DNA of 64,000 nucleotides. Source: Iphione sp. A-MEVVRFRX5. Its lineage: Eukaryota. Position 1 is the first letter of the stretch. The number at the start of each line of letters is the position of its first letter. Where the stretch lies: contig OZ320317.1 in NCBI GenBank assembly GCA_976226885.1, positions 100,378,001 to 100,442,000 on the forward strand, written 5' to 3'. The notes beneath the pieces were generated by a model. It had not been told where the DNA came from. It saw nothing but the letters and a program-made list of their open reading frames with translations, and did not search any database. Position numbers and translations under genes: made by a program. Below, in pieces: positions 24,247 to 36,546 of this stretch.

Positions 24247-25157
24247 ATGCATTGTTGAACGGTAATCATAGTCATGAGATTGTGATGACTGATTTGCAAA
24301 GACATTAATGTAGGTTTATTTGATTAACTGACATGGTACATGGTATTCGATTATACGGTACTTTAATGGACGTGGTTCCTGAATGTACGTTTGTATAACT
24401 GATTTATTATGTATATTTAGGGCAATATTTGATTGAATTATGTTTTAATGGACATGGTTCCTGAATGTACTTGTGTACAATCAATTACTGCCAACATTTA
24501 CACTAACGTTATGTATTTACTTATTGTTCCTCAGTTAAGTAATGAGCTATGAAGTGTAGATTTATAATGAAAACTGATATGGACGTGGTTCCTGACAGTA
24601 ATTTGCATTACAAATCATTACAACTAAGATTGAGTATTATGTACTAATTACACTATTTCTCATTAACAAATTGTATTTGTATCTTGTTTATTTGGATTGT
24701 TATCACGAACACTCGCAGCTGATGTTGTTGTGGCTTATAAATTCACCTGACTTATCTGTTAGTAGATTGCTCTATACGTGGGTGGTTGTAAGCGTATTTG
24801 TTTCTGAGAAAATCGTTTGTTCTTAATAATAATATTTGTAACTGTTTTCGAGATTAAACCATAAGTAATGCTAAACTTATATGATTTGAAGCTCTGAGTT
24901 TGACTGTTGCTATTGATTGGAGCGGCGTATGGCATCTCCAGCCAATCTTAATGTTTTATTAACTATCTAATTTGACAAAATTATTAATTTCGTCGAATTT
25001 GTGTACCTTAATTACTTAAACTTTACTACTTTTGTTTGTGTACGTTGAATTTAGTTAACTTGATGCTTTGCTACTTTGCATTGTTCACTATACTAATTAT
25101 TGTTATTATGAGCTCTATTACCAGGCGATATGAAGATATATTGATGGTTGATAATGT

Positions 25158-27992
25158 GTGATGCCAACTATCGGAAGGATTTCTGGCTATGCAATTTATC
25201 ATGTTAATATCAGGAGTTTGATGGGTAAGTGGCATGAATTTGAATACTTTATGTTTAAGTTACAACCAGATGTGATGATTCTGACAGAAACATGGTTGAC
25301 GCCTGCAATACCAAATGAATTAATTAAACTTCATGGATATGTAAATTTAAGACATGATAGATTATACGGTAGGGGTGGGGGTATCCTAGTGCTAATAAAA
25401 GACCGTTATAAGTCGGTTTTCAAGGAAATTTCCGACTGGTCGATAAGTGATGTTAATACTGAATCGCTCTGGTTGATGTGTATATATAGTAACAATAGAA
25501 AAGTATTTATAGCCTTTACATACAGGCCTCCAAGTGAAAATATTACTCTGTTTCAAGAGTATCTACATGAAAGATTACAACAAATAAGGGAAACATCAAC
25601 TAATTCCTCAACCATTATAATTGATGATCTTAATGTAGACTGGCAGAAACCGTCTACATTTAAGAGGAAAATAATGGAAATATGTACTTTATTTGGTGCA
25701 CAGCAACTCATACGGTCCCCAACTAGAGTAACTAGTACATCTCATACCACTATTGACTTATGTATATCGAATGTTGAAACAGACTTATATGCTAATGTAA
25801 TTGAGTGTAACTTAAGTGATCACCATATGATTGAAATCATATTAATGATTCCCCCTGGGCCAAGTTACACAAAAATCAAGCAAGAATTTAGAAAATACAA
25901 TGAGATTGACCTGAGTGAATTGGAGCAGAGATTAATATTTTTAGAAACTGATACTTTGTTTAATGAAAGAGATGTTGACTCTAAATGGGAGATGTTGGTG
26001 TCAATGATCTCGACTGTTATAGATTCTCTGGCTCCAATAAAAACATCTATGCAAAGGGAACACGCACCTATATGGGTTGATGAAGAATATCTTGAATTAA
26101 TTAATCAGAAACATTGTGCAGTACGTAAATACCGAATAACGGGTAATTTAGAGGACAAGTTAGTACTGAGACTATTGAAGTACCAAGTACGTAAGAAAGG
26201 AAATGACCTTAAACGCAATTATTTAAGTAGCAGAATCAACAGCCACGTTCGAAGTCCAAAGAAATTTTGGCAATGTCTCTTAAAATCATTAAGTTATGCT
26301 AAAAGTCAAAATAAGATAGCACTGAAAATCGATGGTATACTAACTGATAATGAACTTGAGGTTGAGGAATGTTTTAATATCTTTTTTAATCAGGTTGGTG
26401 CCAGAGTAGCAATGCAGATCGAGGAGGTTCCTCTGGAAGTAAATAGAGTAACTAACAACAGATTTAAATGGAACTTAATTACTCTTGAGGAGGTGTCGTC
26501 TGCTATCTGTGACATGCCTAACAATAAAGCCAGCCTTGTAAAAGATATTCCGGGTAAATTGCTGAAAGAAATATTACTGACATTAGGGCTAGAATTCTTG
26601 GATTTGTTAAATAAATGTGTGGAAACATCGAAGCTACCCGTACCATGGACTACAGCCAAACTAACCCCGCTATTTAAATCGGGCAGGAAAGATGACTTAA
26701 ACAATTATCGCCCCATTAGTCAATTGCCTATGCCAGCTAAAGTCTTAGAAAAGTTATTGTATCAACGCATTATGTTGTATTTGGAAGAGAATAAAGTAAT
26801 TTCTGGCTGCCAGTTTGGTTTTAGGAAAAACAGTGGGACAGGTGATGCAGTGTATATATTGCTGCGGGATATTCACACAGCCTTGAATACTGGAGATAAG
26901 GTGGTTGGGTGCTTTGTAGACTTCTCCAAGGCATTCGACTCGGTGAGTCATGAAGTAATTTGTTTAAAGATGCGGGAGCTGGGTTTGGACGTGCTGGTGC
27001 CGCTAATGGAGAATTATCTAGGTAACAGGTGGCAAGAAACTGTCATTGGCTTAGCAAGATCCAGTAAATGTAGAGTTACATGCGGGGTGCCTCAGGGGTC
27101 CATCCTGGGCCCCCTGCTGTTTTTGATATTTATTAACGATCTCCCCACCATTCTAGAACATGTTAGGTGTATAATGTATGCAGATGACCTGGTATTACTC
27201 TCCCACTCGAAGGATATTAATATAACGAAGTCGAATCTGCAGGATGATGTAAATTCCCTAGCAAGGTGGTGTAATAAGAACAGAATATTAATCAACGTTA
27301 AAAAGACTAAGGTAATGTCATTCTATTATGCAAAGAGGGGTCAACCAGATAGCATGCTCATTAGATTTGGAGACCACGTATTTGAACACGTAACTAAATT
27401 TAAGTACCTTGGGATAATTTTGAGTAGTAATCTAAGGTGGGATAATCATATTACTGAACTCCTCAGGAAGGCTTATTTGAGACAGTTACATTTTAGGCAC
27501 ATCAGAAGGTTCATAGAATTAAAACACGCGATAATTCTACTGCGTGGAGTCATATTACCGGCAGTAGACTATGGGGTGTTTTTGATAACTGAATTTAAAG
27601 GAAGAATAACTGATAGATACATCACTGCACGTAGGTCCCTATACAGAACTTGTTTTCACCCGAATCCCCCTCCAACCCGTGCTGAATTAGTTGAAGAATT
27701 AACAGGAATCAGGGACTCCATATTATTGAGATTAGGCTACAAGCATGAGGTGTGTGGCAGAGCTAATACAACCCCAAGAGTAGTGGTGAACACAAGACAG
27801 AGTCTGAGGAGACATATACCCGTGATTTGGCCACAACGAGAGGGTTATAAAAGGAGCTTTTATTACAAATTTCAACTAATATGGCGTTCACTAACACCCC
27901 AGGAAAGTCATTATAATTTACTTCAGATGACGGCTCTATGGAAAAGATTAAGAAGAAGTAAAAGGTTGGTGTGCAATTACTTTGTTGGTTAG
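25158..27992 (+). CDS. LINE B ORF2: APE endonuclease + reverse transcriptase, 944 aa uninterrupted
   Basis: HVNIRS, LTETWL, YRPP, DDLN (usually GDLN), TIDL, SDH; NYRPIS, QFGFR, DFSKAFD, PQGSILGP, YADD, KYLG; C-terminal KRSFYY...W. Confidence 0.97.
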   Translation: MMPTIGRISGYAIYHVNIRSLMGKWHEFEYFMFKLQPDVMILTETWLTPAIPNELIKLHGYVNLRHDRLYGRGGGILVLIKDRYKSVFKEISDWSISDVNTESLWLMCIYSNNRKVFIAFTYRPPSENITLFQEYLHERLQQIRETSTNSSTIIIDDLNVDWQKPSTFKRKIMEICTLFGAQQLIRSPTRVTSTSHTTIDLCISNVETDLYANVIECNLSDHHMIEIILMIPPGPSYTKIKQEFRKYNEIDLSELEQRLIFLETDTLFNERDVDSKWEMLVSMISTVIDSLAPIKTSMQREHAPIWVDEEYLELINQKHCAVRKYRITGNLEDKLVLRLLKYQVRKKGNDLKRNYLSSRINSHVRSPKKFWQCLLKSLSYAKSQNKIALKIDGILTDNELEVEECFNIFFNQVGARVAMQIEEVPLEVNRVTNNRFKWNLITLEEVSSAICDMPNNKASLVKDIPGKLLKEILLTLGLEFLDLLNKCVETSKLPVPWTTAKLTPLFKSGRKDDLNNYRPISQLPMPAKVLEKLLYQRIMLYLEENKVISGCQFGFRKNSGTGDAVYILLRDIHTALNTGDKVVGCFVDFSKAFDSVSHEVICLKMRELGLDVLVPLMENYLGNRWQETVIGLARSSKCRVTCGVPQGSILGPLLFLIFINDLPTILEHVRCIMYADDLVLLSHSKDINITKSNLQDDVNSLARWCNKNRILINVKKTKVMSFYYAKRGQPDSMLIRFGDHVFEHVTKFKYLGIILSSNLRWDNHITELLRKAYLRQLHFRHIRRFIELKHAIILLRGVILPAVDYGVFLITEFKGRITDRYITARRSLYRTCFHPNPPPTRAELVEELTGIRDSILLRLGYKHEVCGRANTTPRVVVNTRQSLRRHIPVIWPQREGYKRSFYYKFQLIWRSLTPQESHYNLLQMTALWKRLRRSKRLVCNYFVG

Positions 27993-28060
27993 TTTGGGTG
28001 TTAGGCAATAGTCTCTTAATGTTAAATGTCTGTTATGATTATTGTCGTTGACCTAATACT

Positions 28061-28460
28061 ACAGGATTTGATCCTTGAAGTATTTTTGACAGCTGAGAAG
28101 AATTGTATTATGATCAGGATCTAATCCTGAAAATCTGTGAATTTCAAAGATGGAACAAAATGAAATTGGTATTTGTGCACATAACTTAAAACTCTATTAA
28201 ATTGAAATACTGTTATAATATATAACCATGTATTAGGGCAGGATTTGATCCTTGACTCTATATACAAAAACATTGTGAATTGTATTCATATTAATCGCGG
28301 CAGGATTTGATCCTTGACCGTATAATTTAAACACTATTAAATTGAAATACTGTTATAATATATATCTGTATATTAGGGCAGGATTTGATCCTTGACTCTA
28401 TATGCAAAACATTGTGAATTGTATTCATATTCATCGCGGCAGGATTTGATCCTTGACCGT
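28061..28460 (+). repeat. LINE B 3' UTR repeats: six CAGGAT-NNN-ATCCT palindromes, including a ~140-bp tandem duplication
   Basis: Copies near 28062, 28115, 28239, 28301, 28379, 28440; duplicated unit ~28190-28330 / 28330-28460. Confidence 0.85.
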
Positions 28461-30149
28461 ACTGAGGCCATGATATATGGAGTAATTTCAATTAATCCAG
28501 CACTCCTGATGGATTGTTAGTTGATAATCGACATCACCTAATTGGATATGTATGATATTATTCGCTGGCTAAAATAGAGCTCTTGTAAGGTTAATATATA
28601 TGAAGATAACTTACTAACCCTTTATTGTTGTTTTCTAAGACTGTTCGGGCAGAAAAGTATTATGAATTCTGAATGCAAATACATATTGTTGTATAGATTT
28701 CAGAAATAAACAAATTGAAACCTTAAAAAAAAACAATAAAAAGTATACTCGAAATGGTCTCACAATTGCAAAATCTAAATAAAAATGTAATATTCGATAG
28801 ATCTCAATGATATCAGAAAATGGAATTCACCAGATACTTTGAATCATCATAAATGAGTTAAAATTACTTTAAGAATGTTTCTTATAACTTTATAGAGCAG
28901 ACTCAATTTTTTGGACTTGATTAACTATGTCAAAGGTCTAGTTGTTGCTGACTATTTTAATTGTATAGTTAAATTGTACTGTATTGACTTTCCACTGAAT
29001 AAAAGAATCTGATCAAGAAGATTCTATGGATAATCAATAATTTCTTAATGTTATTGGAAATATCTCACATGTACATTGTTAATCTACATCCCGAAAAAAG
29101 AGTAAAGTCAACTTGACATAGGGAATTAGTAATGCACTCATGATATAAGCAATATTTATGATTTTTAGAAAATAATGCAAATAACCTATATTTTATTGCT
29201 TCCCTTTGTAATGACCTATTGGATTTGAAAATAACCTGGAAATAAAATTAGGAACAAAATGAACAATAAATTTAACTGCTGATTATAATTTCATGTCCTC
29301 ATCATTTTGAAAGTTAATCTATATCCTTGAGTTAGGCAGAACCGATCAATTTTGAGTAACTTCCAACCATTTTTATCATGATTATATAAGGGGTTGTACA
29401 CAAAAGATTAATCATCTAGTCATGTTTGACATCTGCTATTATCTTCCATTATAATGTAACATGTCTCTGGGCTAAGATTTTGAAATACCACTACACTTCC
29501 ATCACCTTAAGAGGAAGAACAGCGTTTTTACATAATCACATTTATATTCTTTTGGTTTGGGTTGTAATATCAATCTTACAATGTATGATTACGAAGTCTT
29601 TGTGAGCAACACCTGCCATAATAAAATTGCTTATTTCCTAGACATAGTATTAAAAGGGTTTTCTCCATTTATTATTTTTTTCTTGGTTGGGCTTCTTAGA
29701 AGCAACCATATCAGTTTGTTTGTTTTATGTTAGAACAGAGACAGTGGGCATCATCAATTATACGTTTCTTGATTTTCAAGTGGAATGTCCATTGCATCTC
29801 TTCATGGTGTTCCTCCCATGGAGCCAGAGCCTTGCAAGAGGCTCTTTGAATGGTTGCATAGCAGCTTGGGTAATTTGCTCTTGTCAACGTAAGGTATCCT
29901 CTGCTAATTACACCAACACATTCTGAGGTGTTGAATAGGTGATATTGAAGATTCTGTCAGAGAGCTTCAATATGTTGGACTGTTAGATCGTTCCTAACAC
30001 CTGCAAGATCTTCTTCAACACCACACTCTGTGAGTCACCAAGCTCATCCTGGCCCTGGCAGAAGAAAATAGCATCCGTCTTTCAAGGGCCCCAATATCAA
30101 ATTTCTGATTATCTTTCTTAGCTGGCCAATATAAGCCAGTTCCTGCCAC

Positions 30150-30920
30150 CATTGCTGCACATCGGTCAGGGTCAGTGGCATCCTACTGCTTCCCAACTTC
30201 ATCGCCTTAACCAATTTTTGCTCTGTCTCAACTTGAGCTTCAGCATATCCCTTTTATAATGTTCTTCTGAGTCATTATGCCAGCAGAAAAAATTAGCCCC
30301 AGCATTCCTACCTTTGACAATTACTTTCTTCCTTGTTTTTGCAACTGGTTTTGCATCTTTTCCTTTCTGATTCTTCTTTGTCTTCTGTGCTTTTTGAGCA
30401 ACCAATTTCTCTTCAAACTCCTTTTTTTAAAATTTCACTTCCTCAGTTGGAGCCACTCAGATCTCTTTCTGGCCAGTTTAGTATTCTTCCATCTCCACAA
30501 TCAGAACCCCTGTTATGCTTTGCATACACTTCGAGTTCAAGCTTTTCACCAAGAGCTTTTTGGACGAAAGCTACTCAGACAGAGTCTCTCAATCGATGTC
30601 AGGGTAGACTCAATGCATTAGTCAGCAAACGTTGTTGGCTCTCTCCCTAAATTCTGCGTAGTATGGCTAGTTCCTGTAAGGTTCAGACTTTCTTTTGGCC
30701 CCTCCCAAACCTATCCAGAAGAGCCAGCATGTGCTGCTGGTATGAAGAGGTCTCTGCAGAGGTCAAGTCACCATAGAATGATTGTGCTGCCCTGGCCAAA
30801 GACCAACATCCTCTTTTTTATTTTTTTATCCGACTAGTTCACCCGAGCCCACTCCTTGAATTGCGAATGCCAACCTTCCCAGTCAACTTTTCCCTCATAT
30901 TGTTCCAGCTTGATCAGCCT
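30150..30920 (-). pseudogene. Degraded retrotransposon gag remnant with decayed CCHC knuckle
   Basis: Manual minus-strand translation: KLEQYEGKVDWEGWHSQFKEWARVN, LARAAQSFYGDL...LLDRFG...ELAILRR, and CWHNDSEEHYKRDM resembling a decayed CX2CX4HX4C. Confidence 0.6.
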
Positions 30921-31619
30921 GAAATGAGATGGTGGTTTGGGTTCTCCCTTGGTGGAGTGCCTTGGTGATATGGAACAGATCCTTTGCGGCTAAAGGGATG
31001 TGCCACCTTGTTTGGGTGGTAAGTTCTCTTGCTCTTGGAGTTGATGCACATACTCACCAAACTTCTGTATTGTCTCATCCCAACTGAATGTTAGTCCCCT
31101 CTTGACTTCCCATGCTGGGGCTCACCATTGAATCTGCCGTACCTTTATATTTCATGTTCAAGGAAGATGTGGATTGATCAGACGGGCTTCGCACTTGTAT
31201 TGAGGAGGTCAAAATCAAACCTGACCTCCTTCTGCCCTAGTCTTGCCTGCATTCATTCTTGGCAGTGCTGAACTGATAGGTCGAAATGGGATTTGAGGAT
31301 TTTGACCCAGATAAACTTGGACTGGTCAAACTGGTGGTGTCTGATTCTCGTCTCCAAACTCAGTCCTTAGCTACTGAAAGCACAATATTCTGGGTTGAGA
31401 CCAAACCACTACACTAAGAAGGATGCTTTTTAGCAGTTGAATTTAGCTGAATAATTTATAAACTATATCAAACAATGCAGATTTTCTGCTGGTAATGAAG
31501 AATTTTGCAAAAAGTGCAAAAGTTGACAGCGAATAAAAGAGTATAACATGCTTAGTCACAGTAATTGATAAATAATGGCAGGTCAGGATACTGGAAAGTG
31601 ATAACCAACACAAGTGGTT

Positions 31620-32100
31620 TTTCTGATAATTACAAAGCAGGATAATTACAAAGAATATTCAAAACACTCTTTTGGCCCTGTTTCCAGCTTCAGGCAGCTG
31701 ATTCCAACTCACCACTCCCAGGTACCAGTGGGATGTCGTAAAGATAGAACTCTTCCTTTTAGGTACTACACCCGTGATACCTCTTCCTTCCTCTGTGTGA
31801 GTTTTCTTGCAATCAGACACATGTCTAGCTGGGTGATATTTTCAAATTTCGGCTCTATGTCTAAAATTTTTTGGTCCAGCAGCAATGCCATCAGGCATAC
31901 AGACACATTTGGTAACATACAATATGACACCTTCTGTTCTACACCAGCCTACCATTGCTTCAATAGTCTTGTTTGCTACACTCCTTTATCTCAGGAGATC
32001 TTTCACATAGGTAAGAATGGAGAGATTTTCTACATAAAGCATAGCCAGAGAGTCATGTGGAAAGATTGAAATCACCACTTGAGTCACCAGGTTGAAGGTG
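31620..32100 (-). pseudogene. Ancient LINE ORF2 C-terminal fragment, also present at ~60600-60720
   Basis: YLGVVSWNQLPEA motif (LINE C-terminal Y.G...WN.LP); paralogous copy shares TTTTGGCCCT...AGCTTCAGGCAG. Confidence 0.5.
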
Positions 32101-33789
32101 GTTGGCCTGAAGATGAATACCCGTGGAACATTTTGTTTGGTCAATAACTCACATGAGTTGTCACCTCAACATCACACAAAGTGGTGGTGATTGTCCAGGT
32201 AATGTTTCACCATGTTTACCAATGTACAACTCACTCCCTTGTTGTCTTATCACTCACTTATTGGGCACAAAATCAAATGTTTCTTTTAGGACAACGTTTA
32301 GCAAGTAAGTATTGTGACATGTCTTAATCTAATGAAGTGTTATCAGATAGATCCTCTGCTGTGCATTCTGTAATCTTGTTGAACAAAATCCTGAACATGT
32401 AAGAACTAAGTGTATTTACCATCTAGATCTACCAAGGTACCCTGGATACACATCACTGTGATGTCACTGGGTGTTAGACCATTGAATGAACACCATTCAT
32501 GTGACATAAGATAGTTGATTCTGTTTGAGTAGCAAATAGCATGTGCACGGTGTTTGTCATAAACTTGAGTATATAGGAGAGTGCTGTCTCATTGGCGCGG
32601 GGTACAGCTTGTTACAGTCCCCTAAACCGGCTGCTCCAGTCTAGAGGCACCTACACTTGACACTCACTTAGTAACCAAATCACAGAGAAGACAAACCTGA
32701 GGGAGATACTAAAATCATCACGTCCCAAAGTAAATGTCCACACTATTAATACACTCTCATCCACTTAGGCAAAAATCACCCAACCCCTAATCGAATGTCC
32801 ACACTAGGACTGAAGAATCAGGGGAGACCAACTTGGGGGAGGGAGCAAAATCATCCAGTCACAATGTCACAATGTTGATTGCCTACAAAAGCTCCAACTG
32901 TAATTGTTCTGTACATTTACAATGTGCCTGGTACTCACTAACTAGAGTAGACAGTTCTCCCTTTGGAATGACTCGTTTTTAGACACAGAGTCCATGTTTG
33001 AAGGGGAGTCCCTTATCATAAAGTCTGGATGCACTGCAGTATTCTATGAGCACAGGTTAGGAGCTTCTAATCTACTATATATCATCCTTATCATGTATCA
33101 GAAGATAACATGAAGTAAGACTAGATCTTTGTCAGTCCACACCTATCTCAGTACTAAAGCCTATCTGCCTTCTTTCCTCCTCTGCTCTGTGTCCCAGAAT
33201 ATTCCACAGTAGGTCAAAACACATCATTTTCAAAACTTCGTTCTTTAAGGTATGTGTTCTATACATGCTGCACACAGGAATATATATGGACCTGTAAGTG
33301 GTTCTTTCACCATGTGTTACATATATTTATGGCTTGTTGCTGTAACTTGGCATGTTACATACCTACATTCTAGCAGTAATACTTTTACTAGTTCATTTGC
33401 ATCAACAGTTTTTTTCCATTTGTCATTCGGCTTTGTCCAGATGGCTAATTCGGTAAGCTATATTGGGCATTGCCTATATGACTCAAATACATCTAAAGTA
33501 CCTACATGTAGTGTATAGGGTGTCAGAGCTCATGCAAGTTCTACTTCCTGTTGTTGAGTGGCTGGGCAAGTTGATGGTGTCTACATTACAAAGGGCCCCT
33601 TTCACCCAAAACATCGAAACATTAATTAATTAATATGTACATAGTATCTCTCCATCGGTACATACCCTACAGTTCATCTTGTAAAAATGATTCCATGATG
33701 TTCATTTTTAGGCAAACATGCATAAATATAACTGTAAGTATCAGGAGAAATATAGGCAAAGAAATTCATATTACATAAGTACCATATCT

Positions 33790-34110
33790 TTTCATTTATG
33801 AATATGTTAAATGAATACCAGACCCTTTGCTGTTATCACCAAGTTAAATAACTACCGGCCATTTTCTATTTTTATCATACTACATAAATACCTGACCTTT
33901 TCCATTTTGATCATGTTACAAAAATATTATACCATTTATAACCACACTACCTAATAAACAGCCATTTTCTTTTAATAGCATATCACCTACCAGAACTTTT
34001 TCTATTTAAGAGTTTACATAATTATGAAACCTTTTCCATGTATCATCATATTGCATAATTACCACGTCTGTTTTGTTAAATGAGTTATATACAAGATTGT
34101 TTCTATAGAT
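33790..34110. repeat. Degenerate AT-rich minisatellite (~37-nt units), related to 16130-16280
   Basis: Recurrent TACC(A/T/G)G(A/C)C..TTTTC(C/T)ATTT..ATCAT units. Confidence 0.45.
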
Positions 34111-35329
34111 CATCACATTAAAAACATCCTAGATCTTCTCTATTATACAATTTTTTTATCTTAATGATATGTGACTCTTTTATATTAAGTTATGTTCGAA
34201 TATGAATAAACACTGCATTAGAATCTGCGAAAGAATTCCATAAAATAATCTGTTAATACTTGGAGGATACAACAAAATAATAACACAACGGGAAATATGA
34301 ATACCTGAGGCATTTTAGACATGCTACACCAGTGGAAGTGCACTACCAACACAACAGATATACATGCAATATAAGGTTTATTATGGTGTTTATTCATCCA
34401 GTGGTTGCCCCTCACCAGCGACCACCTATATACCTCACTTAAACAATACTAGCACATGTCGCCATCTTATATCAACTAAGAACCTCTCTCAAGTGTTAAG
34501 ATTTCCTAATAATCATACATTGTCAGGAAATAAGCATGACTGCCCTGGATAGTATCCCTTATATGTATACATGTGTGGAAACCTTTAAAAGTGACAGTAG
34601 GGTGGCTAAGTATGGGGGTAGCACCTGATGCGGGCTGGAGAGTTCAATTGTCCCTTGATTTATGCCTGCAATACTGAGGGAGTGACACATATATATATAT
34701 ATATAGGAATATAGTGGATTCTATTCTGTTCTAAGGAATTCTGTGTGGAATAGTGAGGGTACTGCAATAGTGGAGTGATGGAGTAGTGAGGCTTGACTGC
34801 ATATTTATATAGCTACTCTCTTCTCTCCAAAAGACGTTATTCCAGGTGTAAAAAGAGGGATACAAATTACACGACATAAGTGACAAATTTCAGGTGTTCG
34901 ATCATTTCTCGGTCTCTTTAAATGTCTGAGCATAAAAAAGACCACCCTGATAGGTTATGTTAAGTTCCTAGACCTTCCAAATTCTTTCTTAGGGGCTGAC
35001 TGTCAGTAAGGACTGTTCGCTGGAGACTTTCCTCCTACCCCAAGGTCTTCATCACTTACCCTCATAGTGTTTTGTGTAGATGTGATAATGGAATATTGAA
35101 ATTGGCACCATACTTAATTATGCTGCAAGTATACATGAACCAATCAAACAAGTTTTCTTTATGAAACATAAATGGGGTGTAACCAAATAATATTATGAAA
35201 CATCTAGTTTTTACAGCTAACATTATCCCTACCAAACTGAACTCCTCTGACTATCCATGATTTGATCTGTTTGGCTGCCTGGCTCTCTCGTTCCCTGTCA
35301 TTCTCTGTTTTACTCTCTGCTTTGTACGT

Positions 35330-35359
35330 TCTTCCTCTCTTTCTCTCTCTGTTTCTCCA

Positions 35360-35411
<52 letters not shown>
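35330..35411. repeat. (CT)n microsatellite
   Basis: Direct sequence. Confidence 0.95.
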
Positions 35412-36546
35412 GCTTTCCCAATGCCTTCATCTCTCTTTCCTTTACAAACATTTAAAACACTGTTTTACGTTAACAAGTCATCATGTAAGTCAAGGATCAG
35501 CTTACTGACTATTCTTTAGTTGCTTTGTATTGAGTTGCGAGTATTAATGATAGAATTTTTAAAACCTTTCGAAGAAATTTATATGTAATATTCTATCAAG
35601 TCCTACCTGCTTGGATCTATTCTAATGCTGAAAGAGACTAAGGGAAAATTGACTGATAAGGACAAAATAATGAAAATAACCTTATTTATAAACCAACATA
35701 ATGACAATGCTCTAGAAAGAACTTAAGGGCTTACAGAGCTAGAACACTTAACAGACTATAGGGACACATTATCTAAGGTCAAGCAAAGCAGCTAACCCCT
35801 AAGGTGGACCTAAAATGGCAGGCACAACAGGCACCAATCGACTTTTGTTGCAAAGTTACACTGATGTTTCCAGTTTTTTACAGGGAGCAAATTGCCCCAG
35901 CAGATTACAAACTTATCGATATGATTTTCTTCCTTTCAACTAAGATGGACATCACTTACCCAGGAATCATACCATGTTTTCCTTTCTCAGGAAAACTCCC
36001 CATGTAATACTTTTCTTAGCTTACACATTGTGAATACCTTTCTATGCATTAATATACTTCATACAAGCATGTCTACTGAATTATTGGTACAAAATACCAA
36101 GGAGTGGGTAAACAAATATCTTACCGTTGAGTTTGGAGTTATTTATCACATGTTATTACATAAATATTGAGGGAGCGCAACTGCTCTCTTCACACTCCTC
36201 TAGCTTATGTCACTGGATGTCGTATAAATTCTGAATAAATAGCGGTTGAACAAGGACCTGATGGTATCATGTATTCATTGAATAGAGTTACATGTACGCC
36301 AAACTGAAAACATTGCAAAGAGATTTTAGGGCCTATATCCCAGCATAAATCATACAAATAATTGCACAACCCATTATTTGAAATAATTTCACTTTCCTGT
36401 TCACATAGGTTAATATATCATGACCTAGCTTATACTATGAAATAACTTGTAAGCCGGACTGGACAAAAAAAGGTATAAAGGATAATGATTCTCTGGAATA
36501 TATCAGGTTGATATACTAAAAGGCATGTTATTCCATTTAAATAGAT

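Larger units (their letters stand above)
22166..28734 (+). mobile_element. LINE B: near-intact CR1/L2-group retrotransposon (ORF1-NADAR / SGNH / APE-RT), slightly 5'-truncated
   Basis: Four coding blocks in order; 3' stem TTCTGAA/TTCAGAA (28667-28705), AATAAA 28705-28710, short tail; flanks on both sides match the uninterrupted paralogous flank at ~59570-59820. Confidence 0.95.

Noticed and set aside
28061-28460. CRISPR-like array of palindromic repeats
   Set aside because: Eukaryotic LINE 3' UTR; irregular spacing, duplicated spacers and no cas genes.
29780-30200. Possible MADF/Myb-like remnant on the minus strand (WEAVG..LTLTDVQQWW)
   Set aside because: Too many stops and shifts to distinguish from decayed sequence downstream of the gag remnant.
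34603-34650. Possible tRNA/SINE head (TGGCTAAGTATGG ... GAGTTCAATTG)
   Set aside because: Both boxes are degenerate and no cloverleaf or second copy could be supported.
35251-35519. ER-repeat and SL-repeat ORFs
   Set aside because: Translation of a (CT)n microsatellite.
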